A stretch of DNA of 64,000 nt from Octopus sinensis (Eukaryota), in assembly GCF_006345805.1 (NCBI RefSeq), contig NC_043001.1, forward strand, positions 125,240,001 to 125,304,000, read 5' to 3'. The translations under genes and the position numbers were made by a program. The notes under the pieces were generated by a model. It was not told the origin of the DNA, ran no database searches, and saw only the letters and a program-made list of their open reading frames with translations. The first letter of the stretch is position 1; each line of letters opens with the position of its first letter. Below are positions 49,740 through 62,770 of the stretch, in pieces.

Positions 49740-51750
49740 GTATGGACTCCGAAAGGATAATAAAACAATCACCGATCCAGTGGCAAAGCCACCAACAAGG
49801 GTTGTCTGCTGAGCTTAATATTGCTAGCAACTACAGAATTTCCAGCTTCTTCTTTAAGATCATGCATCCTATAATCAGGATGTCCCTGGATGTTTGTGAC
49901 AACACGGAAGTCCTCCTCAGTAGAGTCGACGAATGCAACCGCATCACCTACCAGACAGGCAGCGTAATAGGCAGCTTGGATGTAATATCCCTAAATCCAT
50001 CTATCGGCGTTGATATTGCCGTCATATTGCATGGTGATGATCAGCGATAGTGACATGGAGTTCCGTGGTGTTAACATAGACAAATATGATTTTAGCCGTT
50101 TCTATCTCAGCAGACCCTCATACAAAGATGGAACGGATGGACCAGAGCCATTTGGACCCTCGAAAATCATGATCAGACGAGAAAAATGGTCACGCATGCG
50201 ATAGGAGCAACTTCTAAAGCTACTCTTAAGAGTTACATGTTTAAGTTCAATATATTTTGTGATACGCCCAAGAAAAGAGGGAGGCCATTGGCGTCAGCAT
50301 CGTTGGCAACGTAGCCAACCTGTTTATATGTATTTCTTTATTGCCCACAAGAGGCTAAACATAGAGAGGACAAACAAAAACAGACAAAGGGATTAAGTCG
50401 ATTACATCGACCCCAGTGCGTAACCGGTACTTTATTTATCGACCCCGAAAGGATGAAAGGCAAAGTTGACCTGGGCGGAATTTGAACGCAGAACGTAACG
50501 GCAGACGAAATACGGCATTTCACCCGGCGCGCTAACGATTCTGCCAGCTCGCCGCCGGGACAGAAGACACAAGGATCGCTTAGTAGAGAGCTCCATAGCC
50601 TAAACCATGTACTATCGCTAAGTTGCCATCAACATAGTGGTAAAAGTACTTCCACAAGAGAGTACCCGTGAACTTGAACTAGAAGCTAGTACATTGGAAA
50701 GTATCCAGTAAATAGTGAACTCCATTCAACAGAGTATTAAGGTAACAATAGACTACCCTACTAAGCTTCCCAACCACAGACTACTTGTGTTATATACAAA
50801 ACTCTGGCTGAAAATTAAGAATGACAAAGTCCAAATCCTCCATTCGCACTATACCAAACCCATGGCCTCCAAATACCTGATCCACTGGAACTCAGCAATT
50901 GCAGATGGTACTAAATTCATTATCTTGACAGCAAATTCATTATCTTGTAAGAGTGATGAAAAATGTATCATGCATATGCAACCCAAGAAAATTAGAGAGA
51001 GACATATAACACTTCATCCACCGCATGCAGTTTCTGAATATAACTAAAGCGACAGAATCACGGTGTGTAAAGGAGCCATAACAACATTCAAGACCTTCAT
51101 AGAGAATGACACGAATAGGATCTGCCCGCTATAGAGGAATAAATCATGGAATAGTGTAGAAAAGACTAAGACGAAAATAGGGACGGCCAGCTCATGGCAT
51201 CGCAGCCCAAAATGCGAAAGCGTCATGTTCGTTGACGCTATCCTCGGAGGCGAGTGTGTCGTTTCAGAAAAGCCTTAGGTAAACTGAATCTAAGAATTAA
51301 AATAGTAGAAAGGCCAGGAACTCCCATAAAATCCCTAATCAATAGGACCCCTTTGAAAGAAGCTTCTGAACTAATAGGAACTGTGTAGTATATAGGGTAA
51401 GCCCGCATGTAAACTGCAAAACTAGGAATGCAGTTTATAGGATAACATGAACCAAAGGACAGTACAAAAACAAGGGCATAGAATAGAGAGACCGCCCGTA
51501 GCATAGGATATGAAAGAAAGTAAAAGGACAGGCGAAAAATCAAGGAAAAATCAATCATCTGTGATATACAAACATGACAAATTAGAGCATGAAGGCTCGT
51601 TAGATAACATTGAAGTTAAGATCTTATCTAAACATAGAACCAACACAACACTCAGAGAGGTTACAGAGGCTATACACAAAACAAAAAGCAGACTGGGCCT
51701 CAACAGAAAACACGAATTAAATAGTAACAACCACACCCAATAACCTAACG
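49740..51750 (+). mobile_element. Decayed Penelope-like element (RT, thumb, GIY-YIG remnants), interrupted by a SINE
   Basis: IGSLDVISLNPSI (RT), YTKPMASKYLIHWNSAI (PLE thumb), RETARSIG and SVIYKH...LREVTEAI....LNRK (GIY-YIG). Confidence 0.75.
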
Positions 51751-52544
51751 AGTGAAGACAGAATAGGGCACAGGAAAAAAAAAACAATAAAAAGGAGACA
51801 CACAGATACAAACAGTACAATATACCCCACCCCACACAAACGCACATATAGCATACATACACGTCCCAAACACACAGGCACGCACACAGGCACAGACGCA
51901 GATGCATTCTCAGATAAGGAGTAAACAGAATAAGATCAGAAAAAAAAGGAGTGGCTGTGTGGTAAGTAGCTTGTTTATCAACCACATGGTTCCGGGTTCA
52001 GTTCCACTACGTGACACCTTGGGCAAGTGTCTTCTACTATAGCCTCGGGCCGACCAAAGCCTTGTGAGTGGATTTGGTAGACGGAAACTGAAAGAAGCCC
52101 GTCGTATATATGTATATAGCGGTTCGGCAAAAGAGACCGATAGAATAAGTACTGGGCTTACAAATGAATAAGTCCCGGGGTCGAGTTGCTCGATTAAAGG
52201 CGGTGCTCCAGCATGGCCGCAGTCAAATGACTGAAACAGGTAAAAGAGTAAAGAGTAAAAGAGAGTTACAGTAAGGAAAAAATGTTATTGAGGAGGTTAC
52301 AGAGTGGGTGATAAAAGAGCTTTGACAAAATAACTGATAACCAATAATAGTAAAGCTGAAGTGAAAACCAAAGAGGGCGTATGTTTATTGGCAAAATGAC
52401 CGTCCCAGAATATAACCCCCTTCCACCATTATCATTATCATCATCATCGTTTAACGTCCACTTTCCATGCGGACATGGGTTGGATGGTTTGACATGGAGC
52501 TGGTTAGCAGTGAGCTGTCCAGACTCTGTCAGTTGTGGCATGGT

Positions 52545-52952
52545 TGGCAGAAACGTAAGCACGCCGAGCGAAATGTGTAGCCGTATTTCGCCTGGCGTTA
52601 CGTTCTGAGTTCAAATTCCGCCGAGGTTGACTTTGCCTTTCATACTTTCGGGGTTGATAAATTAAGTACCAGTTATGCACTGGGGTCGATATAATCGACT
52701 TAATCCCTTTGTCTGTCTTTGTTTGTCCCCTCTGTGTTTAGCCCCTTGTGGGTAGTAAAGAAATAGGTACTTCGTCTGCCGCTACGTTCTAAGTTCAAAT
52801 TCCGCCGAGGTTGACTTTACCTTTCATACTTTCGGGGTTGATAAATTAAGTACCAGTTACGCACTGGGGTCGATGTAATCGCCTTAATCCCTTTGTCTGT
52901 TCTTGTTTGTCCCCTCTGTGTTTAGCCCCTTGTGGGCAATAAAGAAATAGGT
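52545..52952 (+). mobile_element. SINE family A tandem dimer
   Basis: Second unit starts at ttcgtctgccgctacg, right after aaagaaatagg. Confidence 0.85.
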
Positions 52953-53964
52953 TTCTACGCCTGGATGCCCTTCCCTACGCCAGCCACTTTAACAGAGTAT
53001 TTTGGGTGCTTTTTACGCGTCACCGGCACAGGTGCTTTTTGAGTGGCACCGACACCTGAAAAACAAAATGCTTAGTTCTGAGTTCAAATCTCGCCGAGGT
53101 TAACTTTACTTCTCATTCATTCTGGGTCGATAAAAAAAAAGTACCAGTTAAATACCGGGGCCAATATAATCAGCTTGCCTCTAACCCCTCGAAATTGCTA
53201 GCCTTGTGAGAAAATTAGAAAGAATATTTTCTGTTTAAATTATGTCAGCGTCAATTTTTGCCTTTGTATTTTCGAGAGTCAATTAGCTCCAGTAATACAC
53301 TGTTTTCGCTTCAACTTGTAACTTTGGGACAATATTACGGTGTATTTTCTTGTACGTAAGTAGGCAATAACATTTGTCTTTTTCCTTGTACTAACGATGT
53401 GTGTATGTGATTTGTTTGAAGACGTTTAAACTGGCTGTTGAAATTGTAGACGATTTGTCATTCGAAAGGTTACGACGAATATCAAGGGCAATAACTCAAA
53501 TATCTTTCCTCGTGACTTATGTACCCTCAAACGGAAAATCAAAACTGATGTTCTTTCATGTTTAGAATTGTGATTGTTAGTGCTTAATTCCAGGTCAAAG
53601 TTGATTGAACAGACCTTTGGTTAAATCCATAACCATTTTTTCTCTTTGCACATCCTGGACTTTATCATTCAATGTATCTCTTTTGATTTATAACGGTGTG
53701 ATTTAAGGAAGATTTTGCTACTCTTTCTGTCAATTCAAACGCTTACGTAGTCGGGCCAATGGTACATCTATATATTATTTATTCATATTCTTTTACTTGT
53801 TTCAGTCATCGGACTGCGGCCATGCTGGGGCACCACCTTGAAGAATATTAGTCGAATGAATCGACCCAGTACTGATAGTTTTTTTCTGTCTTGCCAAATT
53901 GCTAAGTTACGGGGACGTAAACACACAGCAACGGTTGTCAAGCGGTGGTCACACACACACACGG

Positions 53965-54000
<36 letters not shown>

Positions 54001-54022
54001 ATATATATATATGTATATTAAT

Positions 54023-54100
<78 letters not shown>

Positions 54101-54201
54101 TTATATATATATATATATGTATATATATATGAATGTATATATGCACTTATATACATGTATATATATATATATATATACATATATATTATAGATATAATAT
54201 A

Positions 54202-54233
<32 letters not shown>

Positions 54234-54609
54234 TCACGACAGGCTCTTTCGGTTTTCGCCTACCTAATCCACTCACAAGGCTTTGGGCGGCCTGAGGCTA
54301 TAGTAGAAGACACTTGCCCAAGGTGCCACACAGTGGGACTGAACCCAGAATTATGTGGTTGAGAAGCAAGCTTGTGAACCGTGGTCAATTCTGATTGGGT
54401 AGACCCATAATCAAAAGCGTTCCATTTCTGACTATCCCGCCTTCTTCGGACACGGTACGTGTAGAAAGTGCATCTAGATAAATAGTAGATCATATGCCAC
54501 CCAATATATCAATTCCTCTCTTAATTTGAGGGAGATTTGTGTGCTATTTCTAGCGTGTTGAGCGAACATGCTGACTGAAGATTACAAGTTTGTCAATATT
54601 TATGACTTA

Positions 54610-54990
54610 GGCGCAAGAGTGGCTGTGTGGTAAGTAGCTTGCTTACCAGCCACACGGTTCCGGGTTCAATCCCACTACGTGACCCCTTGGGCAAGTATTT
54701 TCTACTATAGCCTCGGGCCGACCAAAGCCTTGTGAGTGAATTCGGTAGACGAAAACTGAAAGAAACCCGTCGTATATATATATGTGTGTGTTGTGTGTGT
54801 GTGTGTGGTGTGTGTGTGTGTTTTTCCATCCAAACATCGCTTGACAACCGCAACTGAGCGGCTCGGCAAAAGAGAGCAATAGAATAAGTACTAGGCTTAC
54901 AAAGAACAAGTCCTGGGGTCGATTTGCTCGACTAAAGCGGTGCTCCAGCATGGCCGCAGTCAAATGACTGAAACAGGTAAAAGAATAGAA
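54610..54990 (+). mobile_element. SINE family B
   Basis: Full length. Confidence 0.85.
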
Positions 54991-55257
54991 GTGCTAGAAG
55001 TTACATTTGTAGAATTTCCAGACTGAGAGATGCGCGTGCACAGCGACTTATATGTAATGTTCAAGGGCCCGGGAACAGGGGGTGCAAGCGGGTGCGACCG
55101 CACCCCCTGGAATTTTCAGGTCGTGCAAGATCAAAATTTGCACCCCCTACATAATTTTACCAGTTTCAGAAAATAGTGTCTAAAAAATTATCTGTATAAG
55201 TTGCTTGAAGCTAGATTTCGTTTCAAAGCAAAAACAAAGAACAAAAATAAATAAATA

Positions 55258-55673
55258 AATATATTTCTTTATTGCCCACAAGGGGCTAAACATAGAGGAG
55301 ACAAACAAGGACAGACAAACGGATTAAGTCGATTACATCGACCCCAGAGCGAAACTGGTACTTTATTTATCGACCCCGAAAGGATGAAAGGCGAAGTCGA
55401 CCTCGGCGGAATTTGAACTCAGAACGTAACGACAGACGAAATATCTATTTCTTTACTACCCACAAGGGGCTAAAAATACAGACTAGACAAACAAGGACAG
55501 ACAAAGGGATTAAGTCGATTACATCGACCCCAGAGCGAAACTGGTACTTTATTTATCGACCCCGAAAGGATGAAAGGCAAAGTCGACCTCGGCGGAATTT
55601 GAACTCAGAACGTAACGACAGACGAAATACCGCTAAACATTTCGCCCGGCGTGCTAACGATTCTGCCAGCTCG
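55258..55673 (-). mobile_element. SINE family A tandem dimer
   Basis: Same junction as 39077-39479. Confidence 0.85.
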
Positions 55674-56449
55674 ATGAAGCTGGGCTTAAAATTCCTGAGG
55701 GAATTTATGACTAACCAACTTCTGAAGCAAAGTAGCGTCAAAATAAAAAAGTATGTGACAACAACAACAACAGTAGCAGCAAACAACGAGAACAACAACA
55801 TGACCAGCATCTACGGCTACTCTTCAATACATAGCATTACTTGGATTCTTGAAGACAGCTCTATTCTGACAAAAATAACTCCAAAATCTTGCAATGCTGA
55901 AAATGTGTGAAGGTTCTTGTCCTCTTCGTAGTTGATGTCGCTAAAGATTGACTACATGGTTGAATGGATTCGACTATTTGACCTCAGCCTAAAAATATAT
56001 TTCTTTAATGCTCACAAGGGGCTAAACATAGAGGGGACAAACAAGGACAGACAAAGGGATTAAGTCGATTAGATCGACCCCAGTGCGTAACTGGTACTTA
56101 ATTTATCGACCCCGAAAGGATGAAAGGCAAAGTCGACCTCGGCGGAATTTGAACGTAACGGCAGACGAAATACGGCTACGCATTTCGCCCTGCTTGCTAA
56201 CGTTTCTGCCAGCTAAGTCCTTTTAAAATTCTTTCAGTCATATGGGTTTTCTCATTTAGGTTGTTGGGTCTAAAGTTTGACAAGGGAACAAAATGATTTA
56301 TTTTGATCTTTGATATTTAATGCTCATTGTTAAATGCTTTGATATTTATTGTTCATTCGAAATACTAATCCAGTTTAATAATAAATTTTTTAAAATTTTG
56401 GAAAGAAACATTTAACTATAAATGATTGCAGACCAGCTCTGAAATTACC

Positions 56450-58010
56450 TAATTTGCGAAGAAGTGTATTCGACAATTTCAGACTAGTCTATATAAAAAG
56501 GAAATGATATTAAAAGCATTACCTACCGTCATCCTGATGCGGTTAACTACGAAGATCACTTCAGAGGTGCTTTTTTTCGCTCATAAGTCTAACCCTAGCT
56601 GAGGCCAGCACAAGAGCTAATATGTTTTTAACAGGGGTCTTTAATTTTACTAATCTTAGCTGGTCCGAGGATTATATCCAGCCTGGAACTAAGCAACTGA
56701 AGTGAAGGGATACGAACGCTTTCTTCGATACAACAAAAGACTTTCTCATACAACAAATCATTACCAGTCCTATTAGGGGAAAATAACATACTCGACTTTG
56801 TCTTTATTCTCTATGTTCAGGTCATTCTCACAGCTATTTCCAACCAAAGTATTATACAATTATCTGTATATGGTACAAAGATATATTCGACTCGCTGCAT
56901 GGATTTCTACCCCGAAGATCTTGTCTAACAAATCTTCTCCTTCTTGAAGAATGGTTTACAAGGACCATGGATGAAAAACACTCGGTGAGCGTGGTATTTT
57001 TGAACTTCGTCTGCAAATAGGAGATCTGTACCAAAGGCGTTTGACTCCGTTAATCACCGACTTCTCTTGCGCAAACTTCGAGCATTCAAGATTCATCCAT
57101 TGGTGACTTCGTGGATTTCTTCCTTCCTGAACTATCGAACCTTTCGGGTGCAGATAAATTGAGATCTCTCCGCGGAGACGAATGCATGCAGTAGCGTTCC
57201 CCAGGGATCGGTGTTGGGGCCAATACTTTTCCTTCTCTATATCAACGACCTGACAGATTTTCTTGACGGAAGAGTTCTCCTATTTGCAGACGACGTCAAA
57301 CTTGTCTCACCTAGGAATCAAAAACGACATACTCCAATCGTCGCTGAACCGAGCTTGGAATTGGACGGAAGAATGAGATCTGCCCTTGAACGCCTCAAAA
57401 TGCAGCCATTTGCCAATAGGTTCACCTCCAGACTCTCCCTTGACTATTGGCCTCAAACATCAACATCTTAAGATGGTCACTGAAGAAAAGGATCTCGGCA
57501 TAATGATCGATACTACTTTCAAACTACCACGGCAGGGTATCGAGGCGGCGAAAAAAGCCAGAAAGAATCTTTTCCTCACCCACCGATCCTTTGCCAACCT
57601 TTCAATGGACGTCTTTCGGCCTGTATACGTCACTCTAGTTCGACCCATCTTCGAATATTGCATCCATACCTCGAACCCATATCTCCAGAAAGACATTCAG
57701 CACCTGGAACGGGTTCAGCACTTGGCCACCCGAATGGGCGCGGGCTTGTCTAAGCTTGCGTAAGAGGAACATCTCCAACGGCTGGCATTGCCTTCACTCG
57801 AACGACAGAGGATGCAGGGAGATCTCATCCAGCTTTCAACATCTTCAACGGACATGTAAACCTACCATTTGCGGAGATTTTTACCCCTGCGTCGGATAGA
57901 GGTCTTCGTGGGCATGATCGCAAACTCTATCCCCGACACTTTCGTTTCAACAGGCGGAAGGCCGCATTCTCCGTCCGTATCGCAGCCCCGTGCATAATCC
58001 AAGCGAATTC
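56450..58010 (+). mobile_element. Decayed CR1-group LINE RT region
   Basis: QGSVLGPILFLLYINDL, LLFADDVKL and KDIQHLERVQHLATRM. Confidence 0.88.
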
Positions 58011-59180
58011 TTTGATCCCACAACTCAAGTGCAGAGACACAACTTAAAATTAGTATCATGGAAGTTGATATACTTGCAGCTATTAATGATTTAGACTCAA
58101 ACTCAGCGTCTGTACCAGATAGTATTCCAGTTATATTGCTAAAAAACGTGCAAAAACCGCCTCATGAAATCATTAACGGTACTATTTCAAAAGTTGCCAG
58201 ATACCGTCGTATTCCCGAGACTATTGAAAGAAGGTATAATAAAACCTTTATAGGTACATAGGAGGTAGCAGTGCTGAAGCTAAAAATTACAGACCTGTTT
58301 CCCTCACGTCTTACGCATCTAAAATTATTCAACGCCTTGTCCGAAGACTAAAAGTAATAACATACCTGGAGGAAAACAACTTAGATGACACTCGGTATAG
58401 GTTTCGGACTGAACGAAGTTGCCTGTCACAATTCTTACAGCATCATAACAACCTCTAATAAACTCTTAAGGGGAAAGATCATTGACTGTTAATACCTTGA
58501 TATTGTTAAGGCGTTTGACAAGACTGATCATGGAATCATCTGTCATAATTTAAGAAATCTTGATATCACAGGAAAAGTCGGAGAATGGTTCTTTAACTCC
58601 CTGTACGGTAGGGGTCAACCTGTTACTGCAAATGGATTTCTCTCTAAGTTACCTGTAATATGTCGTGTACACCAGGGAACGAATTACACAAAAATATCGA
58701 TGGCTAGGAGCTACACCAGAAAAATATGAAAATTAGTACATCAAAATTTCAGCTTCTTCATTACAAACGAATTCACCCAAATCGCAATATTTGACACAAG
58801 GTAACATAATGATTCAGAACACTAATGACATACAGGACTTAGGTGTAATCATGTCAAATGATACATTTTCCATCAGCCATATTATCAAAGTAACCTTTAA
58901 ATGCAGCAAACTCATAGGCTGCATCCTACGAACATTCATGACAAGGAGGTTAGTTTTTTTTTTTAGGGAAAACTCTAGTTCTGAGCAGTTTATATTACTG
59001 CTTACAATTTTAATCTTCTAACTCATCCGGTCTCATAGAAGAAATTGAAGGGTTACAAAGAACGTTCACTGGTAAAATACCTTCGGTTAAAAGTCTTATT
59101 TACCGAGAATGTCTGAAAGCGCTGCGTCTCTTGATGCCGAAGAGAGATATATTCTATCACATTCGTATGGAAAATTGTTG

Positions 59181-59470
59181 GGGGACATATGGCGTAGTGG
59201 TTAAGAGCACGGGCTACTAACCCCAAGATTCCAAGTTCGATTCCAAGCAGTGGCCTGAACACTAACAACAACAATAATAATAATAACATCGAAAAATGCC
59301 TTAGGAATGAGAACCCAGGTTCGAAATTTCCCCAAGACACCTGAAGAAGGCTGGAGGGTATATCAGCCGAAACGTTGTGTTAACATCAAACAAGATGAGG
59401 ACAAATAGCCATCGAATGTAAATAATGTAAATACGGTATATAATTCCTCATCTCTTAAATATAGAACTGT
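59181..59470 (+). mobile_element. tRNA-headed SINE-like insertion carrying a hammerhead motif
   Basis: A box TGGCGTAGTGG (59190-59200), B box GTTCGATTCC (59235-59244), (AAC/AAT)n linker, then the hammerhead body. Removing it restores the host LINE peptide WKIVEGHVPN. Confidence 0.75.
59336..59381 (+). ncRNA. Minimal type-I hammerhead ribozyme motif inside a tRNA-headed insertion
   Basis: GACAC-CTGAAGA-A-GGCTG gagggtatat CAGCC-GAA-ACGT-T-GTGTT; 5-bp stems I and II, ACGU palindrome. Confidence 0.8.
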
Positions 59471-60200
59471 GGAGGGACATGTTCCAAACTTCAGCACTGG
59501 AGAGAGAGTTTTAATGCACAAACATTTATATACTCTAAGCTTGCAAGTATACTACGTTCGAAATCATGGGCTAAAATACTCTATTGTAACAATCTGACGT
59601 TTAGAGTTCCCTCAACTGTTCAACTACCGATCTAAATTAAAAGAAATATAAAAGAGACTTCTACTGAAATATTAAAAAAACCCCTCCAAAACTCATTGGA
59701 TGAACTCTTAACGATACCTTAGAAGTCAACAATTCAAGGATGATGCATTCAGAGGAGAACAGCTGCTAGAAAACTCAATCATAGACCACCTTCCAGTCAA
59801 GAAGCAACAACAAAACCTAATTGAAAATGCATTAAGGCGGTGCTCCAGAATGGCTGTAGTGCTATCATTAAAAGGATTCATCTTGTTTCAATATTGTGCC
59901 AGACAGAAGGCGATGAGTTGACAGAGACGTTAGCACGCCGGGCGAAGTGCTTAGTGGCATTTCGTCTGCCATTACGTTCCGAGGTCAAATTTCGCCGAGG
60001 TCGACTTTGCCTTCCATCCTCGGGGTCGATAAATTAAGTACCAGTTGCGTATTGGGGTCGATCTAATCGTCTGGTCCCCTCCCAAAATCTTTCGGGGCCT
60101 TGTGCCTCGAGTAGAAGAGAACATTCTACCAGATGGCAGTCTTCAGTAATTATTCCCAAAGATACCACTGACCACAATCTTTTATATCAATGCCGAAAAC

Positions 60201-60230
<30 letters not shown>

Positions 60231-60236
<6 letters not shown>

Positions 60237-61458
60237 AGGTTTGAAAATGCAATTTAAACGATGTTTTATTTACTTAACCGGTTTCACTCTTTGGTAAAAG
60301 ATTGTCAAAAGTTACATTTAAGGAAACATTGAATAATATGGGTTCAAAAAAGTTTTTTACATAATTGTCACATTGAATATTATGCATTCAAAAATTTTTA
60401 CATAATTGTCACATTGGATATTATGAATTCAAAAATGTTTTTTTATACTAATTGTCACATTACATGTATAAAATAGTGTTTGGTAACAGAGAAGTTCAAT
60501 AGTGGTGATGAGAATTTGGGAAAATTTGGCAGAAAAGGATAAACAAATATATTATTGGGAATTGGTTGCGTTAATTATTGGTTGTCGCAAATTGTCACAT
60601 TACATGTATATATATACAATATTCGGTATATATATACAGCCTTTTGACAGCAAAAATTAAAATGGATTTTTTATACATCTCAGAATATTTTAAGTACAAG
60701 GCGAGAATATGTTTTTTACACTGACCTGTTGGTATTAGCAGAAAGGCTGAACTGAGAGAACAGAGGAAGTAGCCAATGTGGTGTATACTTCCCCTTTATG
60801 CATGAATGATTTTGGGGTTATCAGCGGGCACGGACACATCTATTCACACCCGCATACTAACCTCCTGATAACCCCAAAATCATTCATGCATAAAGGGGAA
60901 GTATACACCACATTGGCTACTTCCTCTGTTCTCTCAGTTCAGCCTTTCTGCTAATACCAACAGGTCAGTAAAAACATATTCTCGCCTTGTACTTAAAATA
61001 TTCTGAGATGTATAAAAAATCCATTTTAATTTTTGCTGTCAAAGGCTTGTATATATATACCGAATATTGTATATATATACATGTAATGTGACAATTTGGC
61101 GACAACCAATAATTAACGCAACCAATTCCCAATAATATTTGTTTTATCCTTTTCTGCCAAATTTTCCCAAATATTCTCATCACACTATTGAACTTCTCTG
61201 TTACCAAACACTATATTTATACATGTAATGTGACAATTATGTATAAAAAACACATTTTTGAATTCATAATATCCAATGTGACAATTATGTAAAACTTTTT
61301 TGAATGCATAATATTCAATGTGACAATTATGTAAAAAACTTTTTTTGAACCCATATTATTCAATGTTCCTTAAATGTAACTTTTGACAATCTTTTACCAA
61401 AGAGTGAACCGGTTAAGTAAATAAACATCGTTTTCAATTGCATTTTCAACCTTTTTTC
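60231..61458. repeat. About 1.2-kb fold-back (arms about 595 bp, loop about 40 nt)
   Basis: 60231-60824 mirrors 60865-61458; the differences are mostly 1-nt indels. Confidence 0.9.
60272..60312 (-). ncRNA. Minimal hammerhead motif, U3-A8 variant, left arm of fold-back
   Basis: Minus strand reads ACUU-UUGACAA-UCUUUU acc AAAGAGU-GAA-ACCGGU-U-AAGU. A mirror copy at about 61379-61418 on + lacks one A of GAAA. Confidence 0.6.
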
Positions 61459-61496
61459 TTATATAATCCCACTCGTGCGATACCCCACAACTCAAC

Positions 61497-61810
<314 letters not shown>

Positions 61811-62027
61811 TGTGTAAATCCGGCTGAAACCGAGTACAGCTGTCCGGCTTACCACTTTCAGTCAAATACTGTAACTCATGCCAGTAGGGAAACCAGACGC
61901 CAAATGATGATGATAATGCTAGTGATGATATAATATATATATAGATATATGTAATATATATATATATATATATATATAACGGTACTTAAGCTGACTCGAG
62001 AAATCTCTGGTGAGACTTTTTATTAGT

Positions 62028-62069
62028 GTGCCTGAAGAGACCCAGAACGAGTCGAAACATGTGTTGTAC
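62028..62069 (+). ncRNA. Minimal type-I hammerhead motif
   Basis: GTGC-CTGAAGA-GAC ccagaacga GTC-GAA-ACATGTGT-T-GTAC; stem III is self-complementary with G-U pairs. Confidence 0.6.
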
Positions 62070-62164
62070 CCAATGAAGTTTATCACACTTTCCATCTCCT
62101 ATTTTATGAATACTGTTCCCTTCCGGTCATTTCGAAATGTAACCACATGTGGAGCTTTATGGAA

Positions 62165-62325
62165 AATTACGAGGACTTCCGGGAAAGTTCCGAGGTTGAG
62201 ATTCCTGTAAAATTCCGAGGATTTCCTGGAAAGTTCCGAGAGTACGAATTCCTGGAAAATTCTGAGCACCTCCTGGAAAGTTCCGAGGATGAGAGACTTC
62301 CTGGAAACTTCTGAGCATGAGACTA
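62165..62325 (+). repeat. Imperfect minisatellite (ttcctggaaagttccgag core)
   Basis: About six diverged units of 20-30 bp. Confidence 0.7.
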
Positions 62326-62369
62326 CCTTTCTTCACAGCAATGAATTTCAACAAGATATTTTTTGAGGT

Positions 62370-62770
62370 ATCAATGTATGCATGTATGCATGTATGTATG
62401 TATGTATGCATGGATGCCTGTATGTATGTACGTATGTATGTGTATGTATGTATGTATGTATGCATGCATGCATGCATGTATGTGTATGTATGTATGTATG
62501 TATGTATGTATGTATGCACGCATGCAAGTATGTATGTATGTATGTATGTATGCATGTATGTATGCATGTATGCATGTACGCATGTATACATGCATGCATG
62601 CACGCATGCAAGTATGTATGTATCCATGGATGCCTGTATGTTTATATGCATGCATGTATATGTATATGCATTCATGTATGCATGTATGTTTATATGCATG
62701 CATGCATGTATGTATGCATGTATGTATGTATGTATGTATGTACGTACGTGCCTATGTGTGTATGTATGTT
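62370..62770. repeat. (TATG)/(CATG) tetranucleotide microsatellite
   Basis: Direct inspection. Confidence 0.95.

Larger units (their letters stand above)
58020..59700 (+). mobile_element. Second decayed CR1-group LINE (host of the 59181-59470 insertion)
   Basis: NYRPVSLTS..SKI, KAFDKTDHGII, QDLGVIMSND and WKIV|EGHVPN. Confidence 0.75.

Noticed and set aside
53290-53520. Mini-intron look-alike (GTAAGT ... TACTAAC ... GAAG)
   Set aside because: The spliced frames give only short or unrecognisable peptides and there is no supporting neighbouring exon.
60118-60150. Partial hammerhead on the minus strand (CUGAAGA-C-UGCC aucu GGUA-GAA)
   Set aside because: A15.1, stem III and stem I are missing (truncated at the adjacent SINE), so it cannot be called.
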